DNA of 64,000 nucleotides from Dimorphilus gyrociliatus (GCA_904063045.1 CAJFCJ010000018.1:496001-560000), one strand, 5' to 3'; positions 40,192 through 53,600 are shown, counted from the first letter of the stretch. Made by a program: numbers and translations. Notes: generated from the sequence alone by a model not told the origin.

Positions 40192-40823
40192 GAGAACAAT
40201 GAAGTGCGAAAGGTAAATCTCGCATACCGAAAAGTAAATATACGATATTCAATAATAGTCAATAAATATTCATCCAATAGATATGATCGAATTTTACACT
40301 TATTAATGATCTTATATCCACTAATTTCAGTATATTTGTTTTACATTACGAAAAATTGATATTTTTTTATAAATAAGATGTCCCGCTGCAATGTCCTTAC
40401 CTGACCCAATTCTGAAGTACATATCTTCAGACAGTTCATCAGAACTTCCACTCCAAGACGAGTCTTCATTGTCAGATCTCTTGGATTCCTCTGTTGAAAA
40501 ATTCTTTTAATTGCTAGCAAACATTAAAACAAAGATGCACAAAAAGGAAATACATATACACATGCAAATCTCTTTTCTTTAGATAATTCGAATCTGATAA
40601 TTAATTTACTCTATTTGCTTAACGTAATTTTTTAAATTGTTGTTAGTCAACGAAATACTAATTGTTATTTATATAAATATGAATATGATTAAAGAGATAT
40701 TGTTAAATATTATGGCAAGTAAAGAAGTCTCGAGTTATTTTTTCTATACCCTACCCCAGTTAGACATTATCTAGGAACTGAGCATAGAAGATAGGAGCTG
40801 AGCTTTATAAAACTGACAATGTT

Positions 40824-40837
40824 GTTGCTAGAGATAC
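40824..40837. promoter_or_regulatory. RFX X-box-like site upstream of PP2D1
   Basis: GTTGCTAGAGATAC, an imperfect X-box palindrome about 630 nt 5' of ATG 40191. Confidence 0.5.
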
Positions 40838-41603
40838 AATGAGCAAAATATTCTTCAAAATCTCATTTATCTCAGAGCTAAGCAAAAAGTCTTTAAAACC
40901 AAAGTTAAGGCTCTATAAATGTCTATTTTCAGTGAGTCCAATAATAATATTCTAATACAAATTATGGAATAGTTTAACTAATATTATGCTATTTTATAAT
41001 AATAAACTCGTATTCTAGAAACTGGTATAAATGAAGCGGAAAAATTACAACTTTTTGAATCCTCCGATTCTTTAAAATCTTAAAACTTATTAATGTTAAA
41101 GTACTTTTTTAAAAATTACTGCAAATAATTTAGGGACAATTAAATATCAACTTGACTATATAAATTTAATTTAAATCTGCGAGAAAGTAAAACAGACCGA
41201 CGACAAAAATAAAAATATCGAGCAATAATTCAACACATGTATATATTCAATAATTTTCCTGCAGATTTAGTCAAATATTTATTGAAGAAATTATCCAGAT
41301 TTTGTCCAGATACGACAAAGCTTTATAAATGGAAATTTTAGTTTATAACATTTTAAATCTGACAGATTAATATCCTATTAAATTGTTTGCAAACCAGCAC
41401 CATCTACCGGTTTGATTATAGTCAGAAATGTAACCAAATCAGCTATTTCAAAATGGCTTCGCGCGATTAGAGGGGCGACGCCATTATACTAATCTGGCTT
41501 TATATTTACTGTGTATGCACTATGTACTTCTGAGCTCGTAGGCCTAAATATTATAAAATTCATTATATATTCAACGTAACAAAATAATAAACACAACAGG
41601 TTT

Positions 41604-42239
41604 TTAATCTTGCATTTCTGTTTGCAAGTCCTCTAAGAGAGATTCATTTCCACGTTCTGTATCGAGAACAGAATCACTGCCGCACCTTCGAACTCGAGGT
41701 TCCTGGTCTTGGGATTCTTTATGCTCAAACTTCATTTTTGCATGCAATAGGGAGTTTTCATCATTGAGGCGAAGGTTTTCACGACGTAATGTTTCTATTT
41801 CCTTACGCAATTTTCCTGTCTTATCGAATTTGGACTCCAAACTCAAACACTCTCTTACCAACTCCTCTTTTGTCAACGAGTACAAGCGCTCGACTTGATA
41901 CGAACGATATTCTTGTGAAAACTCTTTTGTTAAAAAGTCAGGATTAACACGGATATCTTCCTCGAGAGATGTATCTTCTTCGTCCGAAGATTTGTCGAAG
42001 TCGGGCGTAGTCGCCCCGTGTTGGTCAATCAAAAACTGAGTCGTATTTGACGGTGCTGTTGCTTGAAATCCATTATCTTTCTTTTCGACAGAGTTTTCAG
42101 TATTTTTCAAGTAAGGGCGCCACTTTTTCGAATGATGAGCGCCGCCTTTCTGCTTCCTACGAATCTTCTTTTTTTTTCCGTCAAGACTGTCGCCAGATGG
42201 CGTGCGAGCCCGGAATAGCGCGTTGTCTTCTATTTCCAT
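41604..42239 (-). CDS. HEXIM: HEXIM (7SK-dependent P-TEFb inhibitor), intronless
   Basis: Basic region KKKKIRRKQK..KKWRPY, APSNTTQFLIDQH, and FLTKEFSQEY..VERLYSLTKEELVRECLSLE coiled coil. First ATG at 42239; the ORF track starts at an upstream TTG. Confidence 0.9.
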   Translation of the reverse strand: MEIEDNALFRARTPSGDSLDGKKKKIRRKQKGGAHHSKKWRPYLKNTENSVEKKDNGFQATAPSNTTQFLIDQHGATTPDFDKSSDEEDTSLEEDIRVNPDFLTKEFSQEYRSYQVERLYSLTKEELVRECLSLESKFDKTGKLRKEIETLRRENLRLNDENSLLHAKMKFEHKESQDQEPRVRRCGSDSVLDTERGNESLLEDLQTEMQD

Positions 42240-43474
42240 ATTTTCCAACGCTATGTTAAACTGTGATGAATTTTGCAACTCAAGTTTTCAATCCAAACGC
42301 TAATAGATAGCGCAATAAGACAATAGATTTGAAGTTAAAGTTCGTTTTGCAAACAATTTTTGTCAGTTCACACATTTGAGCTGCTTGCAATAACTATTCA
42401 CTTCGAACTAAACCGCTTGTTTATATACATATTTACGACCGGTGAACAGCTAATATAATGTAAATCTCCGCCGAAAATAGCACCTCACATAATCCATTTC
42501 CTATGGATTCCCCATAAAATTGTCTCAATCGAATCCTCTCATTAGATATTTATAGTTACAAGACATGGAAAAATTATACAAAATAGTGATAAATTATTAA
42601 AAGACGTATAAAAATTCTCTGATAGATTTCGTGGCGTATTAATTCTGAACTTTATAGGGAGCTTTTATTTTCGTAAATACCAGTTAAATTTTGTTTTTGA
42701 AATAGCAGATTAATTTTTTCATCAAATGTTTTTAAGTTTACCATTATATCAATTTGATTTATTTATAATTAACATATTACCTTGACACTACAACTCGAAC
42801 CCGCCAAACTCTTACGTACAGAACTTTCTCCAACGCTTTGGAAGTCAGCTTTCACGCGACTTAGAAATTCTAGCAGATATAACTATTAAAACAAAAATGT
42901 TTTACAATGCTACTTTTAAAACCTAAAATATAAGGATGTTTACAGCAAATATGTATCATATTTTGAACAACATTAGTATGAGTACTTATGAAAATCTTTC
43001 GATGAATCGTTTGTTTTAACTAGCGACATCTAGTGCCGTTACAAATTATTTCATTAACAGATATGTACAAAACATTGTAGTCCCTGTTTTAAATAAAATA
43101 CCAAAGTTTTATATATCTGGGCGGGACAAAAACCCTTTAGTTAACGAGAAATGATTGAATTATAAGAACAATTAAATAAAGGATGAAAATTTTTAATAAA
43201 GTACCTTTATTGTTTGCTACTTAAGAGAATATACACATTATAGTGAAATAAAAATTTTAAAAATATTATAGTATCATCAAAATTTATTTATATAATATCA
43301 GTGTTAGCTCGTAAGGCTTATGCACAAAATTTTCCAGTTGTTTGTGATAATAGATATCGAACAACCTTAATTATGCCATCTATTTTATTTTAGAGCAAGT
43401 AAACTTAGTTAAAGATATTTTAAAGCTGCAAGTCTTGAGCGGGTAACTAAAGTTAAACGTCGTCCTAGGACAAT

Positions 43475-43488
43475 GTTACCATGGAAAC
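43475..43488. promoter_or_regulatory. RFX X-box upstream of the pLGIC first exon
   Basis: GTTACCATGGAAAC fits the X-box consensus GTNRCC-AT-RRNAAC, ending 71 nt before ATG 43560. Confidence 0.7.
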
Positions 43489-43559
43489 AGTCTACGAAGT
43501 GAAGTCTATCGTTTGTCCTCCATTTCAGAAAATAATTTCAACTTGCAAACATTGGAGAG

Positions 43560-46500
43560 ATGGCTGATCAAATTTTAAGAAGCGTTGCCAGATATTCTTC
43601 TGCTGATAGAATTAAGGTATTGTAATTTGATTTTAGAAGTTTTCTCCATAGTTTTTAACTATTTAAATAAAGGTATTTTATTCAGCATTTTAAAAATTTT
43701 CCATATCTAAAATAGGGAATAATACGAATCCAGTTTTAATTTTATAATATATATTATTTATGGTTCGAAAACATTTTGCACAGTTTAAGGTTCTCAGTTC
43801 TAATAAATATTTCGTAATAAAGTTGATTTAGGTTACTGCAGGGCTAATTTCACGAGCAGCGTCTCATTAATTCTACCCGTCCGATTATTGATCAAATCGG
43901 CTAAGGCGATAGTGCATTTGCAGTGCAGGCTATGCACAGGTACAGAGACGATCTTCCGATGTTCCGACTCTTCTGCACACAAATTAAAAATTTCGTGTTT
44001 TGTTAACATGTCTCGAAGGACTGATTCGACTGTGTGCTCTTTAGTAAAGACAATAATACCAGCAGAATTCAGGGTGAGTTGAAGGAAATTAAATTAATCA
44101 GATGGAAGAGTTTATGTTTATCTTTCTATCTTTTGATTTAGAAAAATTATTCCATTCATGTTTTGATGATAATGTAGAAAGAGCTATTTTTCATTTAGAC
44201 ACGACACATTTATTATAATTATATGCAAGGGTCTAAAGAGCATAAATTCTTTAGTTCTTAGAAAAAATCCATTTGAGCTTATCAAAAAATATTTTAAAGA
44301 CAAATGTACTATTATGCTTAAAATTTACAATCTTTTTTTCACATTTTAAGGCATCAATGAAAAATATTTTCTAAGGCTGACTTGGAATGTATGTAGTCAG
44401 CCTCTGATTTATTGATTCCCCAAACTTGCATTTGCTATCGTATTATTTGTGCATTGATATTTATTCATCATTATTACTAGTAATAAAATGATATCTTATA
44501 TTCCATGTGTGACAATTGTCAACATTTTTCTCATAAATGGTGCATAATACAACTAGAAATACACGTAATATTTTATAGGTTAGAGCATTTTATATATTAA
44601 GAGTATAATTGACAACAGCAGAGTTTTTTTTTAACACTTATTGATATTATCAAACCAACCCTTCATTTTTATTCTCATGTGAAAAAAATTCTAGGTGTTC
44701 TATTATAAATTTTCTTAGACAATGGAAAACTACAGTGATATGAAGTTGGATGATAATTTTATTGGAGGAAAACAGCTGGGAGCTCCGGTAAGCCCGGCAT
44801 GGAGTATTTTTAGATAGAAACACAATTATTAGAATGTTTAAACCCAGTAAACTGCAAAGTTCGATAAAAGTATGAAGTGAGGTGGTCATTTAGATGTGGA
44901 AATTTTAAATTATTTAGTAGTGTCTTGGTTGAAATGAAAGTTTTATTTTAAATTTCTTAGCGTTGTCAGCTTATTGACATGCACACTTGTCTGTTGGTTC
45001 ATATTCGACGCAGTGCGGCGCATAAGAAATATTTGTTTATTTTACTTACCTACTAAATAATAATTCTCTCATATAATAACTTTCAAAATTTATAGAAAAC
45101 AGTTTTGATTCACGTAACGTTCCTAAAACTTGGAGAAATCAACACATTAAAGGAACAATTCGAAGCTGATGTATTAATTCGTACAAAGTGGAGGGAACCT
45201 TCCCTTGATCGACGTGAAGCAACAGTAAAAGTCTGAATAATAAATATTAGAGATTAACTTTACTAACCAAATTCTGTTTAGCATACAACGAATGAAATCG
45301 AATTCTCGGGATTCTGGTCCCCGCGAATATTCGTTGACAACTGCATAGGTGATTTCAAAGAGACATCCTCTAAAGCTTTGGAATATAATGAAAATGGCGA
45401 AGCTTATCTAGTAGAGAGGAAAAGAGTTAAAGGATGGTTTATAGAAACCCTAGAGTTATGGGATTTTCCTTTTGATGTTCAGGTAGTAAACATAATATTT
45501 TGGATTTATTTGAGAATACATCTATGTATACAGGATCTTTCAGTAACTATAATGTCGGATACTCCATCTACTGAGGTGGATTTGGTTGAAGATCCTGAAG
45601 AAATTCATCGAATTTATAAACAATCATTCGTTGATGAACAAGAATGGTTACTTTATAAATGTATAGAATCAGAGAAGAAAGAGTTACTTAAAGATAGAGC
45701 TGATCCAACTGTGAGAAGGTCTGCTTTGACAGTTAAATGCAGAGCAGCAAGAAGACCAGCATATTTTCTCTACAACATGTTTTTGGTTACCGTAAGTTGC
45801 AAAGATAAAAATTAATTTATATCTGCATTAAGCTATCTCTAGCTATATTATTGTATTAATTAAATCTATAAGACGAAACAAGATAAACATGAGTTAAGTA
45901 TTGCTATCTTTTTGTAACAGTTTCTCATTGCCGTACTTGCTTTCGTAACTTTTGCCGTTGAACCAAATCTGGTTCAGAACCGCTTACAATTAAGCTTTAC
46001 TCTGGTTTTGACTGCTGTTGCATTCAAGTTCGTCTTAAATCAAAGCTTGCCGAAGATTTCGTATCTGACTTATCTTGATAAATATATTCTTGCAACACTG
46101 ATTGTCTTAGCTATAGTTTGTTTTTGGCATGGTGGACAGACTCTCATTTCTGATCGCCAGAGCGCTAAATTTAAAGATCAGATTGCTCTCATCATATTTG
46201 CCGGAATATACTTGGTTTACAATGCCCAGTTCTTAGTTGGAATTATTCTAGGGGTTAGATAAAATAAAAATGAATCAAATTTAGTCTTTTTGATATTTGC
46301 AGCCTTGCAAGAAGAGAAGAGAAATGAAAAAGAAAGAAGAAGAATACATTGTAAGTATAGTATCACTTTTCATAATATGTTATGCCTTTCAATGTAGCTA
46401 ATTATAAATCAATAGATACTTGTTTAGTAGATGTCAAACTCTTATTTTTCTTTTGCTCCTTTTCATAAATCGTATGAGCAGAATGTTGTAGAGCGCCAAT

Positions 46501-46577
46501 CACTTAATCTTAGAGAAAAACGAAGATCATCGTCGGATAAAATTAGAATTCGAAATGAGATATCCATCAACTATTAA
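43560..46577 (+). CDS. Cys-less (Pro-loop) pentameric ligand-gated ion channel subunit
   Basis: Exons from 45096: VLIHVTFLKLGEINTLKEQFEADVLIRTKWREP, FWSPRIFVDN, GWFIETLELWDFPFDVQDLSV, EW, RRPAYFLYN-M1, M2 NRLQLSFTLVLTAVAFK, LPKISYLTYLDKY-M3, M4. First-exon choice is uncertain. Confidence 0.88.
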
Positions 46578-47695
46578 CTACTTGCATGGCTTTATTAATA
46601 TAGAGATATTTTAGGTATGAGCTTTAGATCATGAAGTTTTCATCTCCGTTTAGAATTATTGCTACTTTTCAACTGATATTCAGTTGTCCTGTTAATCATT
46701 TGAATTTCTATTTAGAATACTGTCAAGAAACAAAGTATTACGAGGAAAATGTTGATGTTGCGCAGAAAAAAGCATAGTGCTAATAAGAAAAACTTAACTC
46801 TAAAGAATGAACATCTCTCATCTCCCCTGAATCCTGCTAATCCAGCCAGCGTTTGAACATGTTGATACTCAATTCCCTAATTTTTTTGATGTTGTTTGAA
46901 TATCCGCCTTTCTAAATTATCAAACTGGCGATTTCTTGCCTGATTGTACACCATCAAAACTTGATTTAACAAAATATTTTGCTTTGAACTGCTGTCGTGA
47001 CTTTAATTATTGTTTTCAGTTTTGTATGATACACTACATGAATGTATTAGTGATTAAGTTTAATGCTCTTCTCATAATTATAGAATAAAGACAAATAATA
47101 AACTGTCAATCTTGTTCAACTGTCACACTGTAGAAATAGCGATTGATCACTATTAACTGGTGATGTATTTCTAAATAATTTGGAAACTGTACTAAGCAGA
47201 AATGTTCATTTTAAGGTATATTAAGTTCTTCGGGAAAGGTCAGAGAATCAATTTTGATTATAGGTTTAAGCCAAGTATTAAAATTATAAATAATACATTT
47301 ATATTAATATATTCGTTCATTTCCATGACAAATATAGCTAATTAGAAATTTTATAGAGTTATGTGATGTGTAAGAAAGTTTTAAAAATATGAATGTTTTA
47401 CTATGTAATGCTCAAGCTTTCAAAATGGCGGTGACCAGTCCGTCTATATGAGAAATTTAAACACACTTCGTAAGGTATGAGCGAAATAATTCTCGTAAAA
47501 GACTTATTTATTTTTAAATTAGTTTATGATTTCAAATTCAAAAGAACAATTATTCTATAGTAAAATTTTTATTCATATGATATACGAAAATAAAGGTGAA
47601 GGTCGTGTATATGCAAAGAAAAATCCCTGTCAGAATCTGTAATTTAATCATAAAATGAAGCATCGCTAGACACTTGTAACTTCACTCTGCTTATA

Positions 47696-50600
47696 ATGAG
47701 TTCAACACGTTATTCCGAAAAATCAGGTGAGAGCAAAAGTAATTTAGTTAAGTCATAATATTTTCATCATTCAACGCGCTTGCACAAGCAACTTCCGTCA
47801 CAGTTGGTGCTTTGTGTGATTTCTTTACGTGTATCAGAGACTAATTATAATTAGCACTTTTCTGATATATCAGAGTTTTACTAACACAGTTTAATAGTAA
47901 AATTTCTTGAAGGTTTCTCTCTTGCCTCCAAATAATCAATACATTTTTTTCATTTGAAATACAAGCTGACTCCTGAATGATTTTTTTAGGAGATGAGCAG
48001 GATGGACAAACTTTTGCTAGACCCGCTGCTCCACGATCAAATATACGAAAGTCGGCTAGTTCATCAGGAAGGCAATCGAGCTCAAAGAATGAGAGAGGTG
48101 ATAAAATAAGACTTTAAGCATCTGTTTTCACATTCATTTCATATTTATCAAAAATTAATGTGCTGTGATGGATTCAACTTTTCTATCTATTTTTAGGTTT
48201 TAGAGCAGATATAATGAAATAATTTTGCTCAAATTATCGATAATATCTATTACTTTATGTTTTATTCAACAGGCGGCGCTGCTGGTGCTGTAGATGAGGA
48301 TTTCTTCAGAGAGAGTTTTACAGCCAATTTACCATTAATTCAAGTATGCAGAGTAACTTTAATTTAACAACTGGATCTAAAATCAAATTTTTTTAACAGA
48401 GCTGTAGCGCAAGAGACGTTCAAGAAAGAATGTCTGCTATTCAAGCCCTTTTGTCTAATTCCCAATCAGACTGGAACAAAAGATGCATTGCTGTAAGTTC
48501 CTCAAATTAGGTAATGCGTTTGTTAATAAACAAGTTTTTTAATAGCTCAAAGAAATTCGAGCTCTAATTGCTGCTGGAGCGTCTCAATATGAAGAGTTTT
48601 TTCGAGCTGTACGAATTATGGAGACAGGGCTTATTCAAGCTGTTAGAGATTTACGTAGTCAAATCGTTAGAGAAGCTTGTATAACTGTTGCGTGAGTGTG
48701 AAGAGATATAAATTTCTTAATCTTAATATAGAAAGAATATTAATTTATTAAATATTGTCAGGTTTATGGCGCAAGAGCTTGGTTCTAAGTTTGATCGTTT
48801 TGCTGAAATTATTCTGTCACACTTAATTAATCTGATACCTAACTCCGCAAAAGTAATGTCTACATCTGGGGCAACTAGCCTTCGTTTTGTGCTACAGGTA
48901 AGGATTGTTTACCTGCACACGAAATGCTAATTTAACTTTTCTTAAAGCATACCCATTCTCATCGTCTCGTTCCAATAATCATAAGTCATTCGGCTTCAAA
49001 GTCAAATGTTATTCGACGAGAATGCTATGATATAATAGCTTTAATTCTTTCAACATGGTCAACCCATGAATTGGAGAGAAAAGTTTCAGAAATTCAAGGA
49101 GTGATATCTAGAGGAATGGAGGACGCCGACTCAGAAGCACGAGCTCACTCAAGAAAGTTAGAAGTTTAAAAAATTCTCTTTGTTTCATAAGGAAAATATC
49201 GTTTTTTTTATGACAGGGCATTTAGAGCTTTCTCTAAACATTTTCCTGAAAGAGCTGAAACTTTACGGCAATCCCTGGATCCTGCTAAGCAAAAGATGTT
49301 ACAAGGGGAATTTCCTACTTCTACCAGTAGTTCGTCTATAGGAAGTGCCTGTGGTGGGAGAGCAAGTAGTGTTGTCAGCTCTTCATCTAGAACTAAACCA
49401 AGTAGTCGTGCTAGAAGCACAGATAGGAGATTAGAAGCGTCGTCATCCTCGTCAGCCGTTGGGTAAACATTAATTGATCAAAAAATATATATTTTATATT
49501 TTACATATATATTACTTATAAATTAACTAATGCGGAATTGATGCTATTTATTTCTAGGAGATTTACTGCAAGCGATTCAAAGAGTAGAGTAAGATCCTCC
49601 GGCTCTAATTTAAAGACAAGTAAGTGAAATAGAGATAGATCGGTTGGGTGTTTGTTTTAATTTTTTATCTCCTCACCAACTCTCTTGCTTTCACACGTTG
49701 GTGTTGTGCATTTTACTTTTAGCGGTTGTAACACCTAAAAAGAGTTCGATAGCAAGGTCTTCAAGCGCTGCTGACGTAGGGAGAATGAATTCTCTTCCAG
49801 AGAGGGTACCGATTGTGAATGCTGAAAATATAATGTCAACTTCCACAACTATGGGGGAACTGCGTAAGTTTCGTTTTCTACAGAATCATTCCTGTCTTCC
49901 ATTTTATATTTTTACATGTTGTATCTTGTTTTAATGAATTTTACTGCGCAAACTTATTAGTTGAATTTGTTCGCTAAAACTATCGTTGGCCGACAAAATT
50001 TAGTTTATAAATTTATTGCTATTTATTTATCATACATCAATTTCTTTCTACAAGCTGTCAGAAAGCAGCGGAGCCTATCGGAAAAAGACTCTTTTGAAAA
50101 GAGTGAAGCATGGTTATTGAATAATAGTGCTCCTGCATCAGGGTTAAAATCATTTTTACGTGAGTGACTTCGGTAGCGTGTCGTCACCATTATGTTTATT
50201 TAATGCAATTTTTATTTTATTTGCTTCCCAAATTTATCCAATTTAAGTTTAAAGTACCTTTCTAGATAATTAATTCTGTTATGCAGTTCAAACAGTCGAA
50301 GGTTTGCAAAGCTTAGCAGAGCAAGCTCATTCAGGAAAAGATATACCTATATACGTAAAGATCACACTTTCAGCACCTCAGCCAAACGATACAAATTCTG
50401 AATCTGACGATGACTCTGATTTAAAAAATATTAGAGAAATTTTAAGCAATTGTAAGCCCACTTTTAAAACTCCTAAAAAGCTAGCAACTGAGGACAATCG
50501 TTCAGAACAAAGAAGAACTAGTTTACCCAATCTACTTGCAAAGTGTAAGGGCATTCCAAACCAAATTTATAAGAATGAGCCTTTAAAACTACGGCTTTCC

Positions 50601-53600
50601 TCCGGCTGTTCATCTTCTGCTAATTGCATGTTTACTGTTATGTAATGCTTAGATTTCATATTATAAAAGAAATTCGTTTCTTTATTTCAGCTAAACCTCG
50701 AAAATCTGTAACTGGTCAAAGTCCTACTTATATACCTACTCTACAACGTTCCAGACCTTCAAGAAGTAGTCAATCTCAACGTATAGAACATTAAATAAAA
50801 GTAATTAATTTATACTGTATATTTGAATTTTACTAGCGGGCAGTCGGTCAACTTCCCCATCCAGTCATTTAAACTATTTAACGAATTCAAATTATGCGAC
50901 AACTCCTCGGAAGCGCTCTGGTATTCCCCGATCTCAGGGTGCTAGTCGAGAAACTTCGCCATCTAGGGGAGGTTCAACTTTTGGAAGGGAGCGTCGTTTG
51001 AGCTCCGGTAGCTCGAAAAAAGGTGCTGCTTGTCAACGTGTTCCAAGAGCTAATAGTAGAGGCCTTAACGAAATGCAAGTAGAACTAGCTTTTTCTGATG
51101 CCGTGAGAGCAAGAAAGGTACAGACTTAATGGACTTAGATAATGTTTTAAAGACCACTCTACAATCTGACTCTTTTTTCACAGGCTGCGCACAAACAATA
51201 TGATAATGACGATGGGGAGAGTGAAACTTCAAGCATTTGTTCTAATACTTCATTTGGTGGACGTTCCGATGTAAGTAGAAGTATACTCTTTACTCTTGTC
51301 GTATTTTGAGTGCACATAAAAATGGCATGTCTTGAATCGAATCCCCTATTTCTAATCATTGACCTCTTCTCTCTTATGCGCATGGCAGGCTTCAGATCGC
51401 TCAGAGAGACGCTCCAGTTTATCAACAATGCGTTTGCGGAAGGTATTTCTTGTGCATAGTCTTGTAATTGTTGTATTCTTGTTAGTCAACTTTCTTCTAA
51501 AGCGCACGCTTTCTTCTTAGTTATGTAATGGCTTTCTCTTTCTTTGAAAAGACAAACACAGATAATTTTTGCATCGCCCATGAACGACAATGTTTTATTT
51601 AGGGTTATCGCATGAATTAAATTTACGGTTAAAATATTTCATTTTTTAACTTATTGGTTTTTATAGAAATCCTCATACTCGGGACGGAAATAATAGCTTC
51701 GTAAATTAGCTTTGAGCTTTTCAATATTTTTTTTGAAAAATATATTGTTAATATTGCATTAAATAATTTGAGGGTTGAAAGAAAATTTTTTTAATTAAAA
51801 TGCTTTGAGAATTTTTATTTTCCTTTTGCAAATGCACTATAGAAATGTGTTAAATTGTTTTAAAAATTGAAAATTTTATGTAACAAATGTTCAAGGTCAA
51901 TGATATATGGGCTACGGTATTAATGTCATTTATATGCATTTTGTCATATAGGTCTTTAATGCTCCAAGATTTACAATATAATTTTCCCTTTTCTAACCTA
52001 GACATACTTTATACATGAATCTTTTTAATCAAACTAATGATAAAATGAAAGATTTCAGGGATAACTTGATTTCGTAGCATTAGTTTGTTGTTAGTTAATT
52101 TTCGATGCAGTTTTTAAAAAACGTAATCTAGCAGCTGTAAATTTAACAAGAAAAGGGTTAACTTATGAAATCATTGATAGGACATAGCGGAAGTAGTTAG
52201 AAGCTTAGAAAGCAAATCTTGGTCAGAAAAACGTGAGGGTCTTTTATCTTTGCAAAATTTTATTATGAACAGCCGAACTCTCAGGTATATATAAAATAAA
52301 GTTACTATTCCAGTTTTCTAATTTAGTGAATATTTATTCAGTGATAAGGAGTTGAGAAAAGTTATAGAAGTCCTAACCAAATTATTTCAAGATCAACATG
52401 GCAAAGTATTTAGTACACTATTGGAAGTGCTACCAGACCTTGTGAGGACATATACTTTGCAATTGTCTGATTGGCTATATGTCCTTCTTACTCGTCTTCT
52501 AACCAAAGCTGGTAGTGACTTATTGAACTCAGTCAATTCTCGCCTTTGGAAATGCTTGGAAGTGATACGAGATTGTTTTGATTTGGAAAATCAGTTTCAA
52601 AATTTGTCAAAGTTTATTATAGACCAATCTGTTTCTCCGAGTTTACGAGTGAAAGATGCTGTTTTAATTTATATGTTTGATGTTGTTCAGCGTTTAGATA
52701 GTGATGTTATTGGATTAAATTTCCAAATGACTGAAGTTCGCTTGGCAATATCAAGATTAATCACCTGGACATCAGAACCCAAAAGTGCCGAAGTGAGACG
52801 GTCCAGCGCCCAACTAATTGTTGCTCTATTTGATGCGAACCCTCCAGCCTTCCAAAGTTTAATAAGCGAACTACCTAAACCATTTCGTGATCCTGCCACA
52901 AAAGTTTTAAAAAATCATGTAAAAACAGCATCGGCAGAAAATCATGGACAAAGTGATATATCATCGCCCTTGAGAAGATTTACATCAAATAGAAATTCAA
53001 CAGGCGCAACTGGATCAACTCCATGTCAAGATAAAATGAAGCCTGAAGATTTTTATGCTAGCATCAAGCAAACTACTGCTGATATTGAAAAATTGCATTT
53101 GAATAGACTAGATGCTGGCGATGCAAGAGATCTACATAACGTAATAGATAAAATTAATCTTTGAGAATTTTTCTAACATAATCAAATCTACAGAGTGATA
53201 CAGCATCTAGAGACTCCGGTATTCAACTACATCCAAGCTACAACCCAGCGCAGTATACTTCCGATGATGTAAGCATTAATCGTAACGTATGTTAAGTTTA
53301 TGTCCCCTATGAATCGTAATAGGTAAATTAAATTTCATGAAAAAATATTACACGTAAGACAATCTCCCAAAAAAGTATATGCATTGAACTAGTTTGTCAT
53401 ATGGCTTTAGCTTTAAAGCTTTCTTTTTCTCTGATATAGCTCTTAATATATAATATTTTATAATAAGTCTATATTATGTGAATATTATAACAAGACGGTT
53501 TGAGTTCAATATAAAAGTATCTGAAAAATCGTGAAATTATTTAAGCTTCTTAAACAGGCAGCACCAATGGTTAAGTCAACGTATGAAGAACAGATTTTTG

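Noticed and set aside
43762-43772. GGTTCGAAAAC B-box-like motif (also about 24610)
   Set aside because: No A-box, cloverleaf or acceptor stem, so not a tRNA.
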